Shown here: in pieces, positions 1 to 16,546 of the stretch
Numbering within the stretch: position 1 is the first letter of the stretch
How the letters are laid out: every line of letters starts with the position of its first letter
Assembly (NCBI RefSeq): GCF_009914755.1
Contig: NC_060930.1
DNA length: 64,000 nt
Strand: one strand, 5' to 3'
Origin: the human T2T-CHM13v2.0 reference genome, Homo sapiens
Made by a program: the position numbers and the translations under genes
The notes under the pieces: model-generated
What the model was told of the DNA's origin: nothing
Databases searched by the model: none
The model's input: only the letters and a program-made list of their open reading frames with translations

Positions 1-931
<931 letters not shown>

Positions 932-1674
932 TAGGTGTCACCCCCAGCCCCTCCCCCAGCAGCCTTTCCCCACAGGGCCTCTCCCCCAACCCTGCCCACT
1001 AGCTTGCCCCTTCTGGGAGCCCTCCTCACTAGCTGTACTACTGTCCTCACTCCAGAGGGTTCTAGTTCTTTCTCTGCCCCCCACGGACTCCCTGATCACC
1101 CACTCCCTACCCTGTCTATATTTCTGGGCCTGCATTCCCCTGACTCCATCCCCAGCACAGGGTGCGGGTAGGAGAAGGAGAGGACAAACATAAGCATTAC
1201 TCCTCCCCCCACCCTCCCCTGCTCCCCTCCAGCCTCAGCCCCGGGGAGTGATGGCGAGTGACAGGCTGAGGGCCGCAGACAGGCAGGGCGGGAGGTGGAC
1301 GGGCGGCTGGCAGCAGGCGGCCAGCTGCCACAGCCGTGCCGGGCTCTGTCACTGACTGATTAACTCCGCTGTCTCCCAGACCCTTGCAGAATCAGGGTCA
1401 AACAAATTGTTTTCACGCTTCGTCAGAGGTTTACTTAATTAGTTCATTTGCAATTAGATCTCTCTGTAGCTGGGATTTTAGCAAAGACATCAAAGGAGGC
1501 TGACGAGAAGGGAGAAGCCTTCCTCCATTGCCCCGTTTTTCCACCTCTTTCTCTTCTTTGTATCTCTTGGTCTGTCTGCTTTTCAGGCCATGGGTGGGAT
1601 TAGAGGATAGGATGGGAGGATGGTGGCAGCAGGGAAACCGGAGCCAACTTTCTCTCCTCCTCTCTTCCCCTTGA

Positions 1675-1827
<153 letters not shown>

Positions 1828-2021
1828 TGACTTGCTAGGTGGGCTCTGTTGGGAGGGTCTCATGGAAGGGTCCTATGGTCAAAGCCACCATCTTATGCTT
1901 TCTAGGTCCTAATGACCATGGTTGTGAGGTGAGGACAGCTGGATTCTGAGGGGTAAACCAAGGTTGGGGGCGTCTCTGCTGGGAGGTCCAGAAGAGACTC
2001 ACGCTACATAGAAACATCAAA

Positions 2022-2226
2022 AATAATTATTAGCAGCTAACATATGGAGCACTTACTTTGTGCTGTGCTAAATACTTTATATAGCTCAAGGAATCCTCTC
2101 AACAACCTTATGTGGTGGGTACCATTATTCTCCCCATTTTCCAGATGGAGAAAACAGGCACACAGAGCTAAAGTAACTTGCCTGTGAGTGGCAGAGCTGG
2201 GATTAGAACCCAGGCAGCCTGGCTTT
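2022..2226 (-). mobile_element. MIR SINE
   Basis: Reverse-complement MIR core (CCCATTTTCCAGATGGAGAAAACAGGCACACAGAG...GGATTAGAACCCAGGCAG). Confidence 0.8.
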
Positions 2227-2803
2227 CCCAAGGGAGTATCCCAGCTACTTGAGAGGGGACACTCAGCAGCACAGGGTTCCCAGGAAGCAACTCAGGGCAG
2301 CTCCTCTGTGCTTACCCATCTCCCTCCAGCACCTAGCAGAGCATCCTGCTGTGAGAGGGTGGTCATGAGAGACCCATTGAGTTTATGAATGGGGTGTCTG
2401 AGCCATTCATCCGTTCCTGCATCTGCATTCAGTATGCAAGGCCCTCACACACAAGTGCCACTGCACAAGGCACAGTGGCCGCCCCCCCGTGGGTGGGTAG
2501 GAAGAAGCCTCCCAACATGTAGAGGCAGGGATAAGCTCCAGCCAGGACGCACTGGGAGGGCTCAAATGGTCACCATCCAGGGGAGAAAGGGAGAGGCTTC
2601 ATGGAGCTGGCAGCCCTTGAGGGGTAGAGCATTGCTGAGGCCTCCCTGGAGCGGGTCACAGAGGGAGCATGGATGCTGAGGCAAGGAGGCGAATGGGGGT
2701 GGGAATCGGCGGCCTTCTGAAGAGCCTGGCGGTGGAGGGGTGGGACAACACTGCCTCCAGGGTTCAGCCTCCCGCTCACCTCCTGCTTTGCCACCCTCCA
2801 CAG

Positions 2804-2887
2804 CTCGCCAAGGAGAGCGAGCGGCTGCAGGCCATGATGGCCCACCTGCACATGCGGCCCTCGGAGCCCAAGCCCTTCAGCCAGCCA
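2804..2887 (+). CDS. FOXP4: FOXP4 coding exon (leucine zipper end)
   Basis: [28 protein letters not shown]; CAG acceptor, GTGAGT donor at 2888. Confidence 0.97.
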
Positions 2888-2995
2888 GTGAGTGCTGCTC
2901 CCCTCCCCGCCCCTCCCAGAGCCTTCCACAGACCCTGGAGCCTCGGGACCCCCACCCTCGGGCACTGGTCTCAGTACCCTCCCCGTTGCTCACAG

Positions 2996-3569
<574 letters not shown>

Positions 3570-3938
3570 TAGGGTTATGTGTCTCTGGGGGTGCACACAC
3601 TGTTCTTCTTACTGACACCCACCGTGGCATTCATGTGCTCATTTCCACGTACGCAGCCCCCCATGATAGACTCAGGGTCACTCTTCGTCTCTCTCCTTTG
3701 TCTTTCCTCCCTCAAGCCCATGATCTTCATGTCACCAGTGTTCACATAGTATTCACACTCAAGCATGAACTTACATCGACACATATGTCCTCCCTGATAC
3801 CCACACAGGCATGTACACCTTCACACACATTCTTTCTGTCACACACACACTGTGCTTAGGGTACCTTTTGCCAAAATCAGGATAAATTCCAAACAGCCTC
3901 CACCCCGTGGACATCTCTCCCAAGAAAGACAGGACTGA

Positions 3939-4454
<516 letters not shown>

Positions 4455-7400
4455 TAGTCCTGCAGAAACAGCCACCCAAGGGCCCAGCCAGGGCTGCATG
4501 CCCACGCCCACCTCAGCAGGGGCTGTGGATTGTTCCATAACCTTTTAATGATCCCTTCCTTCCAGCCTGGTGCTGCCTCCTTTCTGGGAAGCAATCCTTC
4601 TCTAGGGTACACCCCCAAGGGCCCCAAAGACGCCAGCCCCACGAGGTAGGGCCTCTAGGAATTGCTAATGCCCAAGCTTGATACAGAAGCCTGGGCCGAA
4701 TTTCAGAGACCCTAAGGGTCTGGATACCTTGGCTTAAGGTACATGTTCTGAAGCCTGAGGTGGGGCTAGGAAAGCGCAGGTATAGACACACGGATGGACC
4801 AAGAGCCGTGGACCACACATTGGGGCACTGACGGCACTCACAGCCCTCCCCAGCTCTGCCATCCCTGGCAGGAAGATAATTGTCTCCATCCAATTAGTCA
4901 TTTCAACACCTTCAGCCATAAGTTTTCCTGGGAGAGCAGAAGCAGGCAAGAGGGGGACTCTAGAAAAATGGGAGACAGATGCTGGGGTACTAGGCCATTT
5001 ATTTTTCTATAGCCAAAAGGGGGGTGTGTGTGTGTGTCTGTCTGTCTGTCTCAAGGTGGGAAGGTGATATCTAAATTGGGAGAGTGGGCGGGGCGGGGGG
5101 AAGAAGGAGAGAGTGTTCGCCCCTGCAGGGAAGGTTAGACGCGGGGAAGGACTCCCTCTCAGAACCTTAATTGGATCCCTGGCTCTTGAGTCCCCCTGCT
5201 GGCCACTGAAGAAACTGCAGTTAAACGGGCTACCTCCCCCAATCCCACTAGGTTTCAACAAGTGTTACTGAACCCCTCCTCCCCACCAGCGCCCAGGACT
5301 TGGTGGGGTCTGCACAGTGCCTGCCTACCCTTTGCCCTGGGATTATGCTAAGTGCAGCAGAAGGGACTGCATCATGACTTTCATATGCTCATACCCAATT
5401 CCCAAAGCTTGGGAGAGAAGCTGGGAGGCTGTTGGGACAGCTGCTGTAATTGGCTGTGAGTGATGTCATTTTCTGCCAACCACATTCCTGCCCTCTTTCT
5501 GAGCCAGCAGGGCTTGCTTGGGACCACCTGGTCCAGTCTCCAACCTCCAAGTCAGTTCAGATACCAGGTTTTTATAAATGATAGAGTCCTACAAACATAA
5601 GGGATGATTATAATTATTACCTAATGTTTAATAAAGCATATTAATCTTTTGCCTTTAGGGGTAGTAATATAGAGCCTCCTTTCCATAAGACAGCCTCCTT
5701 TTTGGGGGCAAAGTACTGCTAAGCCACCTACCTTCCTTCCTTCCTTCTGTCTTACCTGTAATGCCCTGCTGCAATTTTCTAATTCTCTCTTCTCTTGAGG
5801 TCAGGTTAGGTGACCTGGTTTAGGTGACTTCCTTAAACTACTCAGTGACCATCCTGAAGCCACCCCCCTGATATTCTAACCCTGCCGCCCTTGCCCAGCC
5901 CAGCCTTTCACATCTCTGTGGTGTGTTCCTCCTAGTTCTTCACCCCCATCTCCCCTCACCTAGTCTAGGGTCCAGTAAGAAGCATCTGGGCTGGGGAAAG
6001 TGAACGACTAAGTGGGTGACTTTGCCAGTTAGCAGTGTTCTGCTGCTGCCTCTGTGCCTGAGGCCACTGCCTGAGCCTTCCTCATGGCACAGCAGAATCC
6101 ATCCAGCTTGAGGTCCACTTTGACCTTCTGGTTTTTTTCAGCCAAATGCATTCATGTTACTTGGGAAATACACCATCTACACCCAACTCTGCTTCCCTTC
6201 CACCTCTACTTTCCACTCATTTCTCAGCCCCTCAGGTCATCTCTGCTCCTCTCCCGAATTATTTGTGCTTTCTTCTTTCCCTTCTTCACCTTTGCTGGCT
6301 CCCACCCTGAGATACTTTCCACCTCAGACCAGGGCAGAAGGGTTGGGAGCGGGCATGGTGTGGGCCCAGCCAGCTGCCGTTCATCCAGGGACAGAGCTGC
6401 CATCTGCCAAGCTGATGGTCCTTGCTGGCCCTCCCCGTGTCCATCCCCTCCCAAGGCCCGTGTTGTGGGCCCGTCCTTTTGTTTACGAAGCCCCTGCCAG
6501 ACCCCTTAAATTGCCGTTAATGTTTCAGCGTAACGAATTAGTCTCTCATCACGAATCAGGCTTCGAAATGAGGGAAAAAAGCCCCGGTGAGGCCATCCTC
6601 GGAAATTGGGGTCATTCTCATTTGCAAAGCGGAGGATCGGAGCCCCATAATGCGGGCAAATTTATTCCGAGGCAGGAGCCCCGGCGTGATTAGGCCCTTT
6701 GTAATTATCGCTCCAAGAGATTCCACTCCAGCCGCCCGCCTCCCTCGTGGATTAGCAAGCGAGTCGGAAAAATACACAGGATTTAATTAGAGGCAAATTA
6801 AAATTGGTAATGAAATCGGGCCAGTTGCAAGTGGCAAGAGTTGGAAGGGAGAGAGGGAGAGGGATCTCCAGGGGCACGGGCTGCCTGCCCTACCCGCTTT
6901 CTTCCCCGTTTAGAAATGTAAAGAGGAGACAAGGATGGGGACGAGGCGGGGGAGGCTAAGGGAGGACAGGTAACAGGGTCCAGAACAGGGTCCAGGGATG
7001 CAGGCAGGGATGGTGATAACTGGGAGCTGGCCGTGGGGGCAGCACAGCTGAGAGAGGAGGGTGCAGGGACAGGACTGAGGGACACGATGAGGTGGGGCAG
7101 ACTAGGGCCCTAGTCCGGGCTCCCATGGTGGTGAGGGGGGAATTGGGCCAAGCACCCCGCCCTCGCCCAAGCGTCCTACAAACCAGATGACCTCAATTCT
7201 TGAAGTTATCCTGCCAGGAGGAGGTGGGACAGACAAGGTGACTTATCTTCTTTCTCTCCTCTTTCTGCCTCTGGGTTGTCAACCCACACTCTCCTCTCTC
7301 CCTGTTTATTTCAACAAGTATGTATGAGGCCTTTACTGTATACCTTGTGCTCTCAAAATATAAGCTGCCTGTTCTGAGCCACAGCCAAAGCATGGCTCCC

Positions 7401-7684
7401 AGACTCCTGTGGGTCAGTGGAGGTGGCAGTGAGGGTTTATGAGCTCTTTCCCAAACTTTTAAAAGCTTTGTGGAAATTCTGCATGCAGCTGAGATGAAGC
7501 ATCCTGGGCTCGCAGAGATGCCGGGGCCCGAATGTGATCTGCTGCTGATCCAAAGCCCTGAGTAACAATTACATGTGTCTTTGATTAACGAAGATGATGA
7601 AACAGATTATTACTAACTGGATAGCATTTAGTTAGTAGACAGAACTTTCCAAGATGTGGCAGGGAGAGAGGAGGCAGCTAATAA

Positions 7685-8215
<531 letters not shown>

Positions 8216-8596
8216 TGATGGATAATCAGAAGGCAGACATTTATGTCCTCTTCTGTCCTCACTCTGACTGAGGGAAGGGGCCAAGAAGGAGGCCTGGTAG
8301 CAAAGAGAGACAGGGGCCCCAAGTAGCCCTGGCCAGAGCTGGCACACAGGCAGATGCCAGCCAACGGGCCATGGGTGAGGGGCTGCCACCCCCAGGGCAC
8401 CCGCTCTCTCAGCTCATCAGGATGACTAGACCTCTGAGGTCCCGCGACCCCACCAATTCATCTTACGGCAGAGGAGAGCCAGTGAGGGCCAGGGGCTGGC
8501 AGGAGGCCCCAGAGCAGATTTGTGGCAGAGCTGGTTCCAGGACCAGGTCTCTGCCCTCCTGGTCTTTTGTGCTCAGCTTCACTTCACCACCTGGCA

Positions 8597-9240
<644 letters not shown>

Positions 9241-10218
9241 TCCACCTGGCAGTTTAAACAGAAACTGAGGAGCCTGGGACAGGGTCAGGACCTCCCTTTG
9301 GCTTCCACGTAGCAGCAGTGGCCTTCTCCCCACCTCAAACAGCCCCACCCCAGCCACCTGCTTGCTGTGCCCCTTGGGCCAGAGCCCCTGGGTAAGGAGA
9401 GGAGAGCAAGTTAGATGGATGTCTCTGAGGTGTGGGGTGTCTGCTCCCCTCAAAGATGCCTGCTTACCAGGCAGGAGCCTTTGCACCCCAGGCAGTGTGC
9501 AGCCTGGAGAATGGAGGGAAGCCATCCCCTGGTGAATGCCTAGGGGCCAGTCTCCAGGCCTGGCTGCGCTTGCACCTCTGCTTCTCACCAGTTTGGTGAC
9601 CTTTGGCTGTTTCCTTAAGCTCTGTGAGAGCTCTGTGATGGTGTCATCACTGGAAGAGGGACAGCCCCCAGCCACTGCTTTTCCTGTCCCAACTCCCGAA
9701 CACCTTCCCGTGCAGAGAAGCCTTCTGTATGGAGGCTTCCATACAGAAGCCTCCATGTGGGACAGGCTGAGCATATGTCTGACATGTCCCAAAATCTAGG
9801 ATGGCAAGACAGTGTGGGCAGACCAGGTGTGTAACTACTGAGACTATAGATTAGACCTTGCCAAACATTGGAAAATCTAGACCGGAGAGAAAACGGGTGG
9901 GGGGGCAGCATGCTGTGAAGGCAGACACTGGGGGGATGCCAGTTCCCACTTCCCAGCTCCGAGACCTGGACAGGTCCCTGAACCAAGCCCATCGCACCCA
10001 CCTGTGAAGGGGCTGCTCCTGCAGGGCCAGTTGAGCGTGAAGACCGAATCAGACCAAGTACACACACAGCTCCAAGACAGCGGCTGATCCGCCCTGGCCT
10101 CCCGGAATAGGGAATGGGACCCATTCCCAGCACAGGCCGTTACTTAGTGAGAGTAAAGAGATGCGAATGAAGAGCTAAGTGAATGAGTGAGCCAAAGATG
10201 GCCTTCTCTGTCCTCCAG

Positions 10219-10285
10219 GAGCCCCACCCTGGTGAAGAACATGATCTCTGGCCTCAGCTATGGAGCACTTAATGCCAGCTACCAG
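10219..10285 (+). CDS. FOXP4: FOXP4 coding exon
   Basis: [22 protein letters not shown]; AG 10217-10218, GT 10286. Confidence 0.95.
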
Positions 10286-10766
10286 GTGACCTGCCCAGAG
10301 CCCACCCACTCACCTCTACCTCCCGCCCCCTTGCTTTCTCATACAAGAGACCCCCATCCTCCCCTGCAGAGGACTCACCAGAGGAGGGAAGGAGGGTGAA
10401 GACCCAAACTCTCCGAGACCCCACCTCTCTGCCCCACCCCAACTCGGGGCCAGCCTCCACCTCTGCTTTCAAGGCTGGGTTCAGACAAGGCAGGCAGCTG
10501 GGAGGATGGCATACCTATAGCATCCCCTTTCCTGGTTTGTCAGTCTGGGGGTTCTCTGTTCCCTGGGAGAGGGGATAAGCCAGGCCCAGGTTCCAGGAAA
10601 GCTAGGAGGTAGGAGGTCGGGGGGTCAGAGTTCCAGCCATGGGGGAGGGGTGCTACATTCAAAGGCTGAGTTGGGGCTTGGGGGTTGCCCAGACAGATCC
10701 GCCCGTGGGGCCGGTAGGCAGACACACAGGCAGCTCTCTAGTGGGCGGGGAAGGCACAGCACTTGA

Positions 10767-11560
<794 letters not shown>

Positions 11561-11765
11561 TCTCTTCTATCTTTCTTCTCCTTCCTCCGTTCGCTCATCT
11601 CCCCTCTGCTCCCCTCTTCTCTCCTCCCCAACCCAGAGCAGTCTCTGCCCCAGGACCAGCTTTTCTTTGAAGAGAGCCCTAGGGGAGATCAGCCCTCAGG
11701 TCTGATGGGATCCTGGGGAGGGGGCTGTGGGCACCCCACTGTGCCCCAGAGTTCTGGGTGAGTTT

Positions 11766-11831
11766 GGGGGGCAGGGGGCAGAGGGCATCAGAGGACAGCC
11801 GCCTGGTGCCCATGCCATACTTTTGCCTCAG
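11766..11831 (+). ncRNA. MIR4641: MIR4641 precursor, 5'-tailed mirtron ending at the last FOXP4 acceptor
   Basis: GGGCATCAG pairs with CTGGTGCCC and GGGGCAGAG with TTTTGCCTC; 11807-11830 (TGCCCATGCCATACTTTTGCCTCA) matches miR-4641 as I recall it. Confidence 0.8.
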
Positions 11832-11979
11832 CCACCAGGTGCAGGTGAAGGAGGAGCCAGCAGAGGCAGAGGAAGACAGGCAGCCCGGGCCTCCCCTGGG
11901 CGCCCCTAACCCCAGCGCCTCGGGGCCTCCGGAAGACAGGGACCTGGAGGAGGAGCTGCCGGGAGAAGAACTGTCCTAA
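11832..11979 (+). CDS. FOXP4: FOXP4 last coding exon to stop
   Basis: [15 protein letters not shown]...[10 protein letters not shown]; VKEE psi-K-x-E SUMO consensus shared with FOXP1/2; TAA at 11977-11979. Confidence 0.97.
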
Positions 11980-13645
11980 GGGCCTGTAGTGACCGGCAGG
12001 GCTGGGGTGAGACCCCTCCCTTCCAGAATCCAGGCCCCATCTCCCCCAACTCCACAGCCCCTCCCGAGCCTCAAGGCAAGTCCAGGACTCAGACCGGGGA
12101 GGCCCGGGCCAGCAGCTCCCAGTGTGACCTGACAAAAACACGTAGGGGCAGGGACGGTCCCCACCCCCAGGGACACAACCCCTGGTCTTGGACCAGTAGA
12201 GGACACGGAGGGTTCAGACCCCTCCTCAGACCCTCCCCACATCTGAAACTGCCTCCCCCCAACCACCAGCAGCAGCAGGGCCCTCCTCCCCCACCAGCTC
12301 TCCCCACAGGGCCCCTCAGCATCATGGAGACCCGCAGGCGGGGCTTAGCCACCCCTCAAACCCAGGGCCCCCTGGCACCTGGCTCTGGCCGTGTTTTCTG
12401 GCCAGAGGCCCCCACTTTCCTAACTCGTGCTCCCTTCCGCCTTCTTTTCCGTACTGTGAAGAAAGAACTCTCCACCCCAGCTCCCACCCTGCCCTGGCCT
12501 GGGTGGAGGAACTGTGCCTCCATCCCCAGAAGAAACAGCCCCCTCTGCTGCTGGGGTGGGACTGTCTGTGTGCCCTGTGGGGGTCCGTGTGAGCAGGCCC
12601 ACCTGGCTCCAGACCCGCCCCCAACCTGAGACAGAACCAGGCTGAGCCAGGCCTCCACCCCCACCCCCGTTTGCTGGGGGCTCCTCCAGCCGCCCCCATG
12701 GGAAGAGGCCTGGTACCGCCTCACCCACAGAGGTCTGTGCCAGGTGCGCTTCTGCAGGTGGAGCCAAGCTCTCCCTGAGGCCAGAGGCGGGGCCTGGGCC
12801 GGGAGCCCAGGGGAAGGCCAGGCTGGACCCCGGCTCCACACCCACATCCAGCCTGCAGGCCTCTCTGCAGTCCTCTCACCCTCCCTCAGCTCCCCTTCCT
12901 CTGCAGTCACCCTCAGCTCCCCTTCCTTGCCCGCCTCTCCCCCCGCCGCCCCACCAGTTAAACGGATGACCAAAGACCTTTCTTATGCCGGAAGCAAAAA
13001 CCAAAACTTTTTGTTGGCTTTTTCCTTTGTCGCCTCCCCAGCACCTGCCCTCCCAGTCTCCCACCCCGGCCCCAGGCTGGAAGCCCTCCCTCCACTTAAG
13101 TTATTGTTTTAAACCAAAGTTTACAGTGTCTGTTGGTGGCCAAGACCTTCTCTCTCCACCCCTCCTCCATCCACCCTGAGGACCCTGGGGCTCAGTGGAG
13201 GCAGGGCCCTGCCCCCCTCCCTTCCGCTCCTGCCCAGCCTGGGGGAAGGAGAAAGGAGGGGAGAAAGCGGGCTCTCACCCCCTCAGGAGTGGGCACGGGA
13301 GCCCTTCTCCCTGACCCTGGGCTGCTTCCTGGGGGCTCTCCAGACCCCTCTCTAGGACCAAGTCACCCATCGTGCTGGGAGTGTGGATTCTAGCAAAAGA
13401 GCTGGAAAAAAGTCAGACTCTCCACAGACCCCCTATGGGGGACCCCCAACTCAAGGCCAAGGACTGGGCGTATCGGATGCTCATAACACCCCTGGCCTGG
13501 CCCCTTTACTGAGAAGACTCCTTGGATATTTCCCAAGAACCCCCCACATACACCCCTCACAAGCCACCCCTCCTGAGAGGCAGGGGGCCCTCCGCCCCCT
13601 CCCCATGTATTCCCCACCTGTGTTCCGTTTGACCAGCACAGAAAT

Positions 13646-13712
13646 ATTAAACGTCCTCTATTCACCGGGCCCTGTGTGTGTCACCGAGGTGCGGGAGGGG
13701 AGGAGCATTAAA
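13646..13712 (+). terminator. Proximal polyA signals (ATTAAA x2)
   Basis: ATTAAA at 13646-13651 followed by GT-rich TGTGTGTG (~13673); second ATTAAA at 13707-13712. Confidence 0.6.
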
Positions 13713-14512
13713 GCTGAAAGATCGCTCTGCTCGGGGAGCCTGGGCAGAGCAGCAGCAACGTGAGGGTCGCTGTGGTGGTGGTTTCTGTGAGTGGATGGAA
13801 TGAGCAGCCCTGCAGGGGCGCTGGGCATGTGCCCTCACTGTGGACAGGGCCCACCCACCTCCGGTTCCCCTGTGCCTCCTGTCCCTTCCACGCTTAAACA
13901 GGGTTCTCTGTCATTTTCCTGTTTTCTTCCAGAGTCCCAATCCTTTGCCCTAGTTCTTTCACTAGTTTGAAATCCAAGTTCTTGCCAGAGTGTTGGAGCA
14001 AGGCAGCTGATTTGCTGCAGGGATGGAGAGGACCACCGCCGCAGGGTTCTTTTACCTGTGCCACCAGCTCTGGAGACATCCACACCCATTCCCAGGTGTC
14101 CTTCCAGGCCCATTGTCCACGTCTTCAAGGGGGCTGCCTGGATAGGCGTGTGTGTGTGTAGTGCCCAGGTGTGGTGGTGGCATCCTGAAGCAGTAGGACC
14201 ATTAGTGTGCATGCACACCCACGTGGCACACTGTGTGGTGACCATGGTCATCATAGTGGGCTCACGGCGGAAACGGGATCATTCAACCTATACAAAGGGG
14301 ACCCTGGATAGGCTGCAAGGAAAGAGGCCAAGGGCCAAGCTGCTAAGCCAAAGATGGCCCCTGACACCTCCCCCAGCCCCAGCACACCAGCCTGCACCTC
14401 TTATCCCGTGTTAAGTCCTGGTTCCCCACCTGCTGCCCCTCCTCAACACAGAGCCCCTCCCACCGCCTCAGACCCCTGTGCACATCCCCAGGGCCTCAGC
14501 CGTCTCATTGGT

Positions 14513-15044
<532 letters not shown>

Positions 15045-15406
15045 TGACCTCTCTCTACTCTCAGGCATGTCTTTTGTCCTTTTCGTCCATCTATTTCTGT
15101 CTGTCGCTCACTCGCCCCGCTTTCTCTGTCTCACCTTCATCCACTCTGCAGGCCTGCTCCACCACAGCCCTAATCCTCTGGACGCTTGTGTAGGGCCTGG
15201 GGTGAATTCCCTGTCCCCCATGGTACCTCGAGAGGGGCTGGGGAGCTCAGCTTGGTCTCAGAGTCTCCCCACCAGATACTGTTTAAAAAAGTAGCACTGA
15301 TGTGTTTTGTAATCTGCCCCTCCCAGCCCTCCGTGGAGGCTGCCAGGGCCTTGTACGGTAAACCTAGCTGCATGTAATCTGTGGACAATGGCATTCTCTA
15401 CAATGC

Positions 15407-15412
15407 AATAAA
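15407..15412 (+). terminator. Distal FOXP4 polyA signal
   Basis: Canonical AATAAA with upstream TGTA motifs and T-rich downstream sequence. Confidence 0.8.
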
Positions 15413-16278
15413 AACAATTACCCATGATTTTGCTGCGGCCGCTTCCCCTTTCCCCTTCTTCCCCTCCCAGCTGGGACCTACCAGAATGCCCCAGAGAATC
15501 CTTAGGTGTTGGCTGCCAGTCTCCCAGCCCCCTTACTCTGCCCCCTTGAAGAAGAGGTCAGTTCTGTGGACCAGCCCCGGGGGCATTCTTCCTATGCCAG
15601 ACTCTGGAGGGACAAGACTGCACCTAGCTTTATTCTCAGGACCGTCCTTCCCGCAGTCTAACTTCAGTTTCTCCTGCTTCAACTAGAGTCCTCTTTTTAT
15701 TCCTCTCACAGGGATATAGTGAATGGTCAGTGCATTTGCAGGTGGGGTGATGATCTATTTTGGACACTGGTACAGGAGAGGGTCTTGCAATATAAGAAAC
15801 AAGAGCTGTTATGAACCACCACCTTCTGGGTGCATTGGGCTTATAGACTCAGTAATTTATTTTCTTCCTGATCTGACATCCTACATGGGGCAGCCCTCCC
15901 ACAATTATTACCTTATTCGAAGTATGAACCAACATGTCCACCCCACCCCCAACCCCCATCACGCTTTGCCTCAGGAAGCGCTGCATGCTGGGTATGTAGC
16001 TTCTCTCCTTTCTACTGTTAACTCACAGCCAGGGAGTAGGCTGTTAACTGCAGCTGGCAGCTTGTCCTGGTCTTAGCATTGCTGAGCCCTGTTGGGGAAG
16101 CTATCTTTGGAACCTGGGGAAAAAAAAAAGAGAAATACTCCAAGCCGGACGTTTTAGGGGTGGGATAAGTAGCGCTCTGCGCTCTGCATCCGACAGAAGT
16201 CCCCCTTCCCCTTGGCACTCAGCACTTCGCTCCCCCACCATGAACTCGCCACCTTGCCCAAGGCCTTCTTGCCGATGG

Positions 16279-16293
16279 TCAGCAGAGGGCGCT
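16279..16293 (+). promoter_or_regulatory. Candidate CTCF site downstream of FOXP4
   Basis: TCAGCAGAGGGCGCT, close match to CTCF core, inside a locally CpG-rich patch (16140-16390). Confidence 0.6.
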
Positions 16294-16404
16294 TTAAACA
16301 AAGCAGACCGGCTCCTCTGGACAAACTTGCCTGTTTCCGGGGCACAGAACAACTTCCCTGAGAATGCCAGCCGCCGTACAGCGGAGGGCTCAGTACCTGT
16401 TTTT

Positions 16405-16546
16405 AATAGTAATAATTATTAACAGTTAATGAGCCCTCATTATGTGCCAGGCACTATCCTAGAAGCTTTATATTTCATTTCATCCCCAAAACGACTCTGA
16501 GTTAGGTATTATTATCCCCATTTTATAGATGAAGAGACTGAGGCAG
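16405..16546 (-). mobile_element. MIR SINE
   Basis: TATGTGCCAGGCACT...ATTATCCCCATTTTATAGATGAAGAGACTGAGGC. Confidence 0.75.

Noticed and set aside
13808-13822. CTCF-like CCTGCAGGGGCGCT in the 3' UTR
   Set aside because: One base short of the core spacing; weak match.
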